The notes below the pieces were generated by a model, which saw only the letters and a list, made by a program, of their open reading frames with translations, searched no databases and was not told the DNA's origin. The translations under genes were made by a program, and so were the position numbers. A stretch of DNA of 64,000 nt from the human T2T-CHM13v2.0 reference genome, Homo sapiens, in assembly GCF_009914755.1 (NCBI RefSeq), contig NC_060939.1, one strand, 5' to 3'. The stretch's first letter is position 1; each line of letters begins with the position of its first letter. Shown here piece after piece: positions 52,201 through 64,000 of this stretch.

Positions 52201-55200
52201 ATTTGATGCCATTCCACTCAATTCTGTTCTACTCGACTCCAATACATTCAATTCCATTCCATCCGATTCCATTACATTCTTTTCATTTCTTATCCATTTC
52301 AAGCCATTCCACTCCATTCCATTCCACTCGTTTCCTTTCCATTCGAGTCCATTCCTCTCCAGTCCATTCCGTTCAATCCATTCCATTCCAGTCCATTCCA
52401 TTCGAGTCCGTTCCATTCCAGTCCATTCCATTCGAGTCAATTCCATTCCATTCGATGTCTTTCCATAACGATCCATTCCATTCTATTCCTTTCGATTCCA
52501 TTCCATTCTATTTCATTCCATTCGATTCCCTTCCTTTGGACTCCTTTCCATTCGAGTGCATTCCATTCCGTTCCATTTCTTTCCGTTCTGTACGATTCCT
52601 ACCGTTCGATTTCATTTTGTTCCAGTCCATTCCTTTCGCGTCCATTCCATTCCATTTCACTCCATTCGATTCCATTCCACTCGATTCCACTTCGTTCCAT
52701 TTCATTGCATTCCATTCTATTCAACTCTATTGCCTTCCATTCCATTCCATTCGATTACATTCCATGCGATTCCATTCGAAATCGAATCAATTACATTGCA
52801 ATCCATTACTATTGAGTCCGTTTTATTCCAGTCCACTGCATTCTGGTCCATTCCATTTGATTCCATTCCATTCTATTCCATTCCATACAGTTGCATTCCA
52901 TTGGATTCCATGCTATATCTATAAATTCAATTCGAGACCATTGCTTTTGAGTCCATTCTATATGATTCCATTCCATTCAAGTCCATTACATTTGGTTCAA
53001 TTCCATTCCATTCCATTCCCTTCCATTCCATTCCAGTTGATATCAATCCATTCGATTCCATTCCATTCGAGCACATTCCATTCGAGTCCATTCCATTCGA
53101 TGCCATTCCATTTGATTCTATTCCATTAGTCTCCATTCAATTCCATTAATCTCCATTCCATTCCATTCTACTCCAACTGATTCCATTCCATTCTATTCCT
53201 TTCCATTCCATTTCATTCCATTCCATTCCATTTCATTCCATTCCAATCCATTCGTGTCCATTCCACTCCAGTCCATTCCATTCGTGTCCATTCCATTCCA
53301 GTCCATTCCATTTGTGTACGCTGCATTCCATTCCACTCCATTCCATATTATTCCATTACACTCCATTCCATTCTATTACTTTCATTTCCATTCAATTCCA
53401 TTTCATTTGATTCCATTCCACTCGGTTTCATTCCATTTGAGTCCACTCCATTCCATTCCATTCCATTCCATTCAGTTCCATTCCATTCTGTTCCATTCCA
53501 TTCCGTTCCATTGCATTCCATTCCATTCGGTACCATTCCAAATTGTTCCATTCGATTCCATTCGAATCCATTCCATTCCAGTCCATTCCATTCGATTCCA
53601 TTCCATTCCTTTCAATTCCATTCCATTCCATTCCATTCCACTTGATTCCACTCCATTCCCTTCCACTACATTCCATTCGATTCCATTCCATTGCATTGCA
53701 TTCCATTCCATTGGACTGCATTCCATTCGATTCCATTCCATTCGAATCAATTACATAGCAATCCATTACATTCGAGTCTATTCTATTCCGTTCCATTCGA
53801 TTTCATTCCAATCCATTCGATTCCATTCCATTCGATTCCATTCCATACTATTGCATTCCATTCTATTACATTATATTCGAATAAGTTCCATTCAAGACCA
53901 TTTCTTTTGAGTCCATTCTATTTGAGTCCATTCCCTTTGATTCCATAACATTTGAGTCCATTCAATTCCATTCCTTTCGTTTCCATTCCATTTGATGCCA
54001 TTCCACTCAATTCTGTTCTACTCGACTCCAATACATTCAATTCCATTCCATCCGATTCCATTACATTCTTTTCATTTCTTATCCATTTCAAGCCATTCCA
54101 CTCCATTCCATTCCACTCGTTTCCTTTCCATTCGAGTCCATTCCTCTCCAGTCCATTCCGTTCAATCCATTCCATTCCAGTCCATTCCATTCGAGTCCGT
54201 TCCATTCCAGTCCATTCCATTCGATGTCTTTCCATAACGATCCATTCCATTCTATTCCTTTCGATTCCATTCCATTCTATTTCATTCCATTCGATTCCCT
54301 TCCATTGGACTCCTTTCCATTCGAGTGCATTCCATTCCGTTCCCTTTCTTTCCGTTCTGTACGATTCTTACCGTTCGATTTCATTTTGTTCCAGTCCATT
54401 CCTTTCGCGTCCATTCCATTCCATTTCACTCCATTCGATTCCATTCCACTCGATTCCACTTCGTTCCATTTCATTGCATTCCATTCTATTCAACTCTATT
54501 GCCTTCCATTCCATTCCATTCGATTACATTCCATGCGATTGCATTCGAAATCGAATCAATTACATTGCAATCCATTACTATTGAGTCCGTTTTATTCCAG
54601 TCCACTGCATTCTGGTCCATTCCATTTGATTCCATTCCATTCTATTCCATTCCTTACAGTTGCATTCCTTTGGATTCCATGCTATATCTATAATTTCAAT
54701 TCGAGACCATTGCTTTTGAGTCCATTCTATATGATTCCATTCCATTCAAGTCCATTACATTTGGTTCAATTCCATTCCATTCCAGTTGATATCAATCCAT
54801 TCGATTCCATTCCATTCGAGCACATTCCATTCGAGTCCATTCCATTCGATGCCATTCCATTTGATTCTATTCCATTAGTCTCCATTCAATTCCATTAATC
54901 TCCATTCCATTCCATTCTACTCCAACTGATTCCATTCCATTCTATTCCTTTCCATTCCATTTCATTCCATTCCATTCCATTTCATTCCATTCCATTCCAT
55001 TCGTGTCCATTCCACTCCAGTCCATTCCATTCGTGTCCATTCCATTCCAGTCCATTCCATTTGTGTCCACTGCATTCCATTCCACTCCATTCCATATTAT
55101 TCCATTACACTCCATTCCATTCTATTACTTTCATTTCCATTCAATTCCATTCCATTTGATTCCATTCCACTCGGTTTCATTCCATTTGAGTCCACTCCAT

Positions 55201-58200
55201 TCCATTCCATTCCATTCCATTCAGTTCCATTCCATTCTGTTCCATTCCATTCCGTTCCATTACATTCCATTCCATTCGGTACCATTCCATATTGTTCCAT
55301 TCGATTCCATTCGAATCCATTCCATTCCAGTCCATTCCATTCGATTCCATTCCATTCATTTCAATTCCATTCCATTCCATTCCATTACATTCCACTTGAT
55401 TCCTCTCCATTCCCTTCCACTGCATTCCGTTCGATTCCATTCCATTGCATTGCATTCCATTCCATTGGATTGCATTCCATTCGATTCCATTCCATTGGAA
55501 TCAATTACATAGCAATCCATTACATTCGAGTCTATTCTATTCCGTTCCATTCGATTTCGTTCCAATCCATTCGATTCCATTCCATTCGATTCCATTCCAT
55601 ACTATTGCATTCCATTCGATTACATTATATTCGAATAAGTTCCATTCAAGACCATTTCTTTTGAGTCCATTCTATTTGAGTCCATTCCCTTTGATTCCAT
55701 AACATTTGAGTCCATTCAATTCCATTCCTTTCGTTTCCATTCCATTTGATGCCATTCCATTCAATTCTGTTCTACTCGACTCCAATACATTCAATTCCAT
55801 TCCATCCGATTCCATTACATTCTTTTCATTTCTTATCCATTTCAAGCCATTCCACTCCATTCCATTCCACTCGTTTCCTTTCCATTCGAGTCCATTCCTC
55901 TCCAGTCCATTCCGTTCAATCCATTCCATTCCAGTCCATTCCATTCGAGTCCGTTCCATTCCAGTCCAATCCATTCGAGTCAATTCCATCCCATTCGATG
56001 TCTTTCCATAACGATCCATTCCATTCTATTCCTTTCGATTCCATTCCATTCTATTTCATTCCATTCGATTCCCTTCCATTGGACTCCTTTCCATTCGAGT
56101 GCATTCCATTCCGTTCCATTTCTTTCCGTGCTGTACGATTCCTACCATTCAATTTCATTTTGTTCCAGTCCATTCCTTTCGCGTCCATTCCATTCCATTT
56201 CACTCCATTCGATTCCATTCCACTCGATTCCACTTCGTTCCATTTCATAGCATTCCATTCTATTCAACTCTATTGCCTTCCATTCCATTCCATTCGATTA
56301 CATTCCATGCGATTCCATTCGAAATCGAATCAATTACATTGCAATCCATTACTATTGAGTCCATTTTATTCCAGTCCACTGCATTCTGGTCCATTCCATT
56401 TGATTCCATTCCATTCTATTCCATTCCATACAGTTGCATTCCATTGGATTCCATTCTATATCTATAAATTCAATTCGAGACCATTGCTTTTGAGTCCATT
56501 CTATATGATTCCATTCCATTCAAGTCCATTACATTTGGTTCAATTCCATTCCATTCCATTCCCTTCCATTCCATTCCAGTTGATATCAATCCATTCGATT
56601 CCATTCCATTCGAGCACATTCCATTCGAGTCCATTCCATTCGATGCCATTCCATTTGATTCTATTCCATTAGTCTCCATTCAATTCCATTAATCTCCATT
56701 CCATTCCATTCTACTCCAACTGATTCCATTCCATTCTATTCCTTTCCATTCCATTTCATTCCATTCCATTCCATTTCATTCCATTCCATTCCATTCGCTT
56801 CCATTCCATTCGTGTCCATTCCACTCCAGTCCATTCCATTCGTGTCCATTCCATTCCAGTCCATTCCATTTGTGTCCACTGCATTCCATTCCACTCCATT
56901 CCATATTATTCCATTACACTCCATTCCATTCTATTACTTTCATTTCCATTCAATTCCATTCCATTTGATTCCATTCCACTCGGTTTCATTCCATTTGAGT
57001 CCACTCCATTCCATTCCATTCCATTCCATTCCATTCAGTTCCATTCCATTCTGTTCCATTCCATTCCGTTCCATTGCATTCCATTCCATTCGGTACCATT
57101 CCATATTGTTCCATTCGATTCCATTCGAATCCATTCCATTCCAGTCCATTCCATTCGATTCCATTCCATTCCTTTCAATTCCATTCCATTCCATTACATT
57201 CCACTTGATTCCACTCCATTCCCTTCCACTGCATTCCATTCGATTCCATTCCATTGCATTGCATTCCATTCCATTGGACTGCATTCCATTCGATTCCATT
57301 CCATTCGAATCAATTACATAGCAATCCATTACATTCGAGTCTATTCTATTCCGTTCCATTCGATTTCGTTCCAATCCATTCGATTCCATTCCATTCGATT
57401 CCATTCCATACTATTGCATTCCATTCTATTACATTATATTCGAATAAGTTCCATTCAAGACCATTTCTTTTGAGTCCATTCTATTTGAGTCCATTCCCTT
57501 TGATTCCATAACATTTGAGTCCATTCAATTCCATTCCTTTCGTTTGCATTCCATTTGATGCCATTCCATTCAATTCTGTTCTACTCGACTCCAATACATT
57601 CAATTCCATTCCATCCGATTCCATTACATTCTTTTCATTTCTTATCCATTTCAAGCCATTCCACTCCATTCCATTCCACTCGTTTCCTTTCCATTCGAGT
57701 CCATTCCTCTCCAGTCCATTCCGTTCAATCCATTCCATTCCAGTCCATTCCATTCGAGTCCGTTCCATTCCAGTCCATTCCATTCGAGTCAATTCCATTC
57801 CATTCGATGTCTTTCCATAACGATCCATTCCATTCTATTCCTTTCGATTCCATTCCATTCTATTTCATTCCATTCGATTCCCTTCCATTGGACTCCTTTC
57901 CATTCGAGTGCATTCCATTCCGTTCCATTTCTTTCCGTTCTGTACGATTCCTACCGTTCGATTTCATTTTGTTCCAGTCCATTCCTTTCGCGTCCATTCC
58001 ATTCCATTTCACTCCATTCGATTCCATTCCACTCGATTCCACTTCGTTCCATTTCATTGCATTCCATTCTATTCAACTCTATTGCCTTCCATTCCATTCC
58101 ATTCGATTACATTCCATGCGATTCCATTCGAAATCGAATCAATTACATTGCAATCCATTACTATTGAGTCCGTTTTATTCCAGTCCACTGCATTCTGGTC

Positions 58201-61200
58201 CATTCCATTTGATTCCATTCCATTTTATTCCATTCCATACAGTTGCAGTCCATTGGATTCCATGCTATATCTATAAATTCAATTCGAGACCATTGCCTTT
58301 GAGTCCATTCTATATGATTCCATTCCATTCAAGTCCATTAGATTTGGTTCAATTCCATTCCATTCCATTCCCTTCCATTCCATTCCAGTTGATATCAATC
58401 CATTCGATTCCATTCCATTCGAGCACATTCCATTCGAGTCCATTCCATTCGATGCCATTCCATTTGATTCTATTCCATTAGTCTCCATTCAATTCCATTA
58501 ATCTCCATTCCATTCCATTCTACTCCAACTGATTCCATTCCATTCTATTCCTTTCCATTCCATTTCATTCCATTCCATTCCATTTCATTCCATTCCATTC
58601 CATTCGTGTCCATTCCACTCCAGTCCATTCCATTCGTGTCCATTCCATTCCAGTCCATTCCATTTGTGTCCACTGCATTCCATTCCACTCCATTCCATAT
58701 TATTCCATTACACTCCATTCCATTCTATTACTTTCATTTCCATTCAATTCCATTCCATTTGATTCCATTCCACTCGGTTTCATTCCATTTGAGTCCACTC
58801 CATTCCATTCCATTCCATTCCATTCAGTTCCATTCCATTCTGTTCCATTCCATTCCGTTCCATTACATTCCATTCCATTCGGTACCATTCCATATTGTTC
58901 CATTCGATTCCATTCGAATCCATTCCATTCCATTCCATTCCATTCGATTCCATTCCATTCATTTCAATTCCATTCCATTCCATTCCATTACATTCCACTT
59001 GATTCCTCTCCATTCCCTTCCACTGCATTCCGTTCGATTCCATTCCATTGCATTGCATTCCATTCCATTGGATTGCATTCCATTCGATTCCATTCCATTC
59101 GAATCAATTACATAGCAATCCATTACATTCGAGTCTATTCTATTCCGTTCCATTCGATTTCGTTCCAATCCATTCGATTCCATTCCATTCGATTCCATTC
59201 CCTACTATTGCATTCCATTCGATTACATTATATTCGAATAAGTTCCATTCAAGACCATTTCTTTTGAGTCCATTCTATTTGAGTCCATTCCCTTTGATTC
59301 CATAACATTTGAGTCCATTCAATTCCATTCCTTTCGTTTCCATTCCATTTGATGCCATTCCATTCAATTCTGTTCTACTCGACTCCAATACATTCAATTC
59401 CATTCCATCCGATTCCATTACATTCTTTTCATTTCTTATCCATTTCAAGCCATTCCACTCCATTCCATTCCACTCGTTTCCTTTCCATTCGAGTCCATTC
59501 CTCTCCAGTCCATTCCGTTCAATCCATTCCATTCCAGTCCATTCCATTCGAGTCCGTTCCATTCCAATCCAATCCATTCGAGTCAATTCCATCCCATTCG
59601 ATGTCTTTCCATAACGATCCATTCCATTCTATTCCTTTCGATTCCATTCCATTCGATTTCATTCCATTCGATTCCCTTCCATTGGACTCCTTTCCATTCG
59701 AGTGCATTCCATTCCGTTCCATTTCTTTCCGTTCTGTACGATTCCTACCGTTCGATTTCATTTTGTTCCAGTCCATTCCTTTCGCGTCCATTCCATTCCA
59801 TTTCACTCCATTCGATTCCATTCCACTCGATTCCACTTCGTTCCATTTCATTGCATTCCATTCTATTCAACTCTATTGCCTTCCATTCCATTCCATTCGA
59901 TTACATTCCATGCGATTCCATTCGAAATCGAATCAATTACATTGCAATCCATTACTATTGAGTCCGTTTTATTCCAGTCCACTGCATTCTGGTCCATTCC
60001 ATTTGATTCCATTCCATTCTATTCCATTCCATACAGTTGCATTCCATTGGATTCCATTCTATATCTATAAATTCAATTCGAGACCATTGCCTTTGAGTCC
60101 ATTCTATATGATTCCATTCCATTCAAGTCCATTACATTTGGTTCAATTCCATTCCATTCCATTCCCTTCCATTCCATTCCAGTTGATATCAATCCATTCG
60201 ATTCCATTCCATTCGAGCACATTCCATTCGAGTCCATTCCATTCGATGCCATTCCATTTGATTCTATTCCATTAGTCTCCATTCAATTCCATTAATCTCC
60301 ATTCCATTCCATTCTACTCCAACTGATTCCATTCCATTCTATTCCTTTCCATTCCATTTCATTCCATTCCATTCCATTCCATTCCATTCCATTCCATTCG
60401 CTTCCATTCCATTCGTGTCCATTCCACTCCAGTCCATTCCATTCGTTTCCATTCCATTCCAGTCCATTCCATTTGTGTCCACTGCATTCCATTCCACTCC
60501 ATTCTATATTATTCCATTACACTCCATTCCATTCTATTACTTTCATTTCCATTCAATTCCATTCCATTTGATTCCATTCCACTCGGTTTCATTCCATTTG
60601 AGTCCACTCCATTCCATTCTATTCCATTCCATTCAGTTCCATTCCATTCTGTTCCATTCCATTCCGTTCCATTACATTCCATTCCATTCGGTACCATTCC
60701 ATATTGTTCCATTCGATTCCATTCGAATCCATTCCATTCCAGTCCATTCCATTCGATTCCATTCCATTCATTTCAATTCCATTCCATTCCATTCCATTAC
60801 ATTCCACTTGATTCCTCTCCATTCACTTCCACTGCATTCCGTTCGATTCCATTCCATTGCATTGCATTCCATTCCATTGGATTGCATTCCATTCGATTCC
60901 ATTCCATTCGAATCAATTACATAGCAATCCATTACATTCGAGTCTATTCTATTCCGTTCCATTCGATTTTGTTCCAATCCATTCGATTCCATTCCATTCG
61001 ATTCCATTCCATACTATTGCATTCCATTCGATTACATTATATTCGAATAAGTTCCATTCAAGACCATTTCTTTTGAGTCCATTCTATTTGAGTCCATTCC
61101 CTTTGATTCCATAACATTTGAGTCCATTCAATTCCATTCCTTTCGTTTCCATTCCATTTGATGCCATTCCATTCAATTCTGTTCTACTCGACTCCAATAC

Positions 61201-63900
61201 ATTCAATTCCATTCCATCCGATTCCATTACATTCTTTTCATTTCTTATCCATTTCAAGCCATTCCACTCCATTCCATTCCACTCGTTTCCTTTCCATTCG
61301 AGTCCATTCCTCTCCAGTCCATTCCGTTCAATCCATTCCATTCCAGTCCATTCCATTCGTGTCCGTTCCATTCCAGTCCATTCCATTCGAGTCAATTCCA
61401 TTCCATTCGATGTCTTTCCATAACGATCCATTCCATTCTATTCCTTTCGATTCCATTCCATTCTATTTCATTCCATTCGATTCCCTTCCATTGGACTCCT
61501 TTCCATTCGAGTGCATTCCATTCCGTTCCATTTCTTTCCGTTCTGTACGATTCCTACCGTTCGATTTCATTTTGTTCCAGTCCATTCCTTTCGCGTCCAT
61601 TCCATTCCATTTCACTCCATTCGATTCCATTCCACTCGATTCCACTTCGTTCCATTTCATTGCATTCCATTCTATTCAACTCTATTGCCTTCCATTCCAT
61701 TCCATTCGATTACATTCCATGCGATTCCATTCGAAATCGAATCAATTACATTGCAATCCATTACAATTGAGTCCGTTTTATTCCAGTCCACTGCATTCTG
61801 GTCCATTCCATTTGATTCCATTCCATTCTATTCCATTCCATACAGTTGCATTCCTTTGGATTCCATGCTATATATATAAATTCAATTCGAGACCATTGCT
61901 TTTGAGTCCATTCTATATGATTCCATTCCATTCAAGTCCATTACATTTGGTTCAATTCCATTCCATTCCATTCCCTTCCTTTCCATTCCAGTTGATATCA
62001 ATCCATTCGATTCCATTCCATTCGAGCACATTCTATTCGAGTCCATTCCATTCGATGCCATTCCATTTGATTCTATTCCATTAGTCTCCATTCAATTCCA
62101 TTAATCTCCATTCCATTCCATTCTACTCCAACTGATTCCATTCCATTCTATTCCTTTCCATTCCATTTCATTCCATTTCATTCCATTTCATTCCATTCCA
62201 TTCCATTCGTGTCCATTCCACTCCAGTCCATTCCATTCGTGTCCATTCCATTCCAGTCCATTCCATTTGTGTCCACTGCATTCCATTCCACTCCATTCCA
62301 TATTATTCCATTACACTCCATTCCATTCTATTACTTTCATTTCCATTCAATTCCATTCCATTTGATTCCATTCCACTCGGTTTCATTCCATTTGAGTCCA
62401 CTCCATTCCATTCCATTCCATTCAGTTCCATTACATTCCATTCCATTCGGTACCATTCCATATTGTTCCATTCGATTCCATTCGAATCCATTCCATTCCA
62501 GTCCATTCCATTCGATTCCATTCCATTCATTTCAATTCCATTCCATTCCATTCCATTACATTCCACTTGATTCCTCTCCATTCCCTTCCACTGCATTCCG
62601 TTCGATTCCATTCCATTGCATTGCATTCCATTCCATTGGATTGCATTCCATTAGATTCCATTCCATTCGAATCAATTACATAGCAATCCATTACATTCGA
62701 GTCTATTCTATTCCGTTCCATTCGATTTTGTTCCAATCCATTCGATTCCATTCCATTCGATTCCATTCCATACTATTGCATTCCATTCGAATACATTATA
62801 TTCGAATAAGTTCCATTCAAGACCATTTCTTTTGAGTCCATTCTATTTGAGTCCATTCCCTTTGATTCCATAACATTTGAGTCCATTCAATTCCATTCCT
62901 TTCGTTTCCATTCCATTTGATGCCATTCCATTCAATTCTGTTCTACTCGACTCCAATACATTCAATTCCATTCCATCCGATTCCATTACATTCTTTTCAT
63001 TTCTTATCCATTTCAAGCCATTCCACTCCATTCCATTCCACTCGTTTCCTTTCCATTCGAGTCCATTCCTCTCCAGTCCATTCCGTTCAATCCATTCCAT
63101 TCCAGTCCATTCCATTCGAGTCCGTTCCATTCCAGTCCATTCCATTCGAGTCAATTCCATTCCATTCGATGTCTTTCCATAACGATCCATTCCATTCTAT
63201 TCCTTTCGATTCCATTCCATTCTATTTCATTCCATTCGATTCCCTTCCATTGGACTCCTTTCCATTCGAGTGCATTCCATTCCGTTCCATTTCTTTCCGT
63301 TCTGTACGATTCCTACCGTTCGATTTCATTTTGTTCCAGTCCATTCCTTTCGCGTCCATTCCATTCCATTTCACTCCATTCGATTCCATTCCACTCGATT
63401 CCACTTTGTTCCATTTCATTGCATTCCATTCTATTCAACTCTATTGCCTTCCTTTCCATTCCATTCGATTACATTCCATGCGATTCCATTCGAAATCGAA
63501 TCAATTACATTGCAATCCATTACTATTGAGTCCGTTTTATTCCAGTCCACTGCATTCTGGTCCATTCCATTTGATTCCATTCCATTCTATTCCATTCCAT
63601 ACAGTTGCATTCCATTGGATTCCATTCTATATCTATAAATTCAATTCGAGACCATTGCTTTTGAGTCCATTCTATATGTTTCCATTCCATTCAAGTCCAT
63701 TACATTTGGTTCAATTCCATTCCATTCCATTCCCTTCCATTCCATTCCAGTTGATATCAATCCATTCGATTCCATTCCATTCGAGCACATTCCATTCGAG
63801 TCCATTCCATTCGATGCCATTCCATTTGATTCTATTCCATTAGTCTCCATTCAATTCCGTTAATCTCCATTCCATTCCATTCTACTCCAACTGATTCCAT

Positions 63901-64000
63901 TCCATTCTATTCCTTTCCATTCCATTTCATTCCATTCCATTCCATTTCATTCCATTCCATTCCATTCTATTCCTTTCCATTCCATTTCATTCCATTCCAT
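63901..64000 (+). repeat. 60 bp local tandem duplication in U36 (second copy truncated by window end)
   Basis: TCCATTCTATTCCTTTCCATTCCATTTCATTCCATTCCAT starts at 63901 and again at 63961, where other units continue into CGTGTCC or CGCTTCC. Confidence 0.8.

Larger units (their letters stand above)
1..64000 (+). repeat. Human-type Satellite III (HSat3) array of diverged (CATTC)n/(GGAAT)n pentamers, running off both window ends
   Basis: Seen: CCATT pentamers with variants (CGATT, CAATT, CTATT, CCACT, CCAGT, GCATT, CGAGT) occupy every line, always C/T-rich on +. Runs of perfect CATTC dominate and CATTCGATTC is frequent. The HSat2-type TGATG/CATCAT motifs are essentially absent. Confidence 0.98.
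1..64000 (+). repeat. D15Z1: Probable D15Z1 / HSat3A5 subfamily (1.8 kb KpnI repeat of chromosome 15 short-arm heterochromatin)
   Basis: Seen: ~1.79 kb tandem period, one GGTACC per unit, and no GAATTC or GGCC noticed. Established: D15Z1 was defined as a 1.8 kb KpnI Satellite III repeat on chr15. Inference: D15Z1 can also occur on other acrocentrics, and an ape origin cannot be excluded without alignment. Confidence 0.75.

Noticed and set aside
135-63850. Hundreds of ORFs, including a recurrent 308 aa F/H/S/I/P-rich ORF on + and M/E/W/N/G-rich ORFs on -
   Set aside because: These are the translations of (CATTC)n and (GAATG)n, which have no stop codon in any frame. The ORFs overlap in all frames, many use TTG/GTG starts, they show no domain character, and they are freely frameshifted by the 20-bp and 1-bp indels.
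1-64000. HSat2 (chr1 1.77 kb unit) as an alternative identity because of the similar period
   Set aside because: The sequence lacks the CATCAT/GATGAT-rich diverged motifs and EcoRI periodicity of HSat2, and long perfect CATTC runs indicate HSat3.
1-64000. CRISPR-like repeat/spacer organisation or a programmed cassette system
   Set aside because: There are no unique spacers, no constant short repeat separated by heterologous DNA, and no associated genes. All variation is point mutation and pentamer-scale indels among tandem copies.
1-64000. Strand inversion, Alu/L1 insertion, alpha satellite, CENP-B box or telomeric repeat
   Set aside because: No G-rich segment on +, no poly(A) tail or non-satellite block, and no 171 bp or TTAGGG pattern was seen. 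Unit spacings leave no room for an insertion larger than ~90 bp.

Overview
The whole 64 kb window is one uninterrupted, single-orientation array of classical Satellite III DNA, (CATTC)n on + and (GGAAT)n on -. It is organised as about 35.7 tandem copies of a ~1.79 kb unit; the 35 measured spacings run from 1754 to 1888 bp with a mean of ~1792 bp. Each unit carries one KpnI site, which fits the human chromosome 15 D15Z1/HSat3A5 '1.8 kb KpnI' satellite. That assignment comes from period and sites, not from a database search. I see no genes, RNA genes, transposon insertions, inversions or CRISPR arrays, and all ORFs in the track are artefacts of the pentamer repeat. I found no new protein-coding system. 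What deserves a second look is the array architecture: a diverged internal duplication in the monomer, a conserved 5n-1 length rule, two linked monomer haplotypes, local ~3.6 kb dimer amplifications, chimeric units, long-range shared variants, and candidate once-per-unit signals (a minus-strand AATAAA, dense TEAD motifs). Units are numbered U1-U36 from the landmark TTGAGTCCATTCAATTCC at 169, 1963, 3762, 5566, 7360, 9169, 10978, 12772, 14551, 16439, 18218, 20106, 21880, 23669, 25444, 27233, 29008, 30797, 32591, 34350, 36139, 37898, 39692, 41451, 43230, 45049, 46833, 48605, 50374, 52163, 53952, 55706, 57515, 59309, 61118, 62877.
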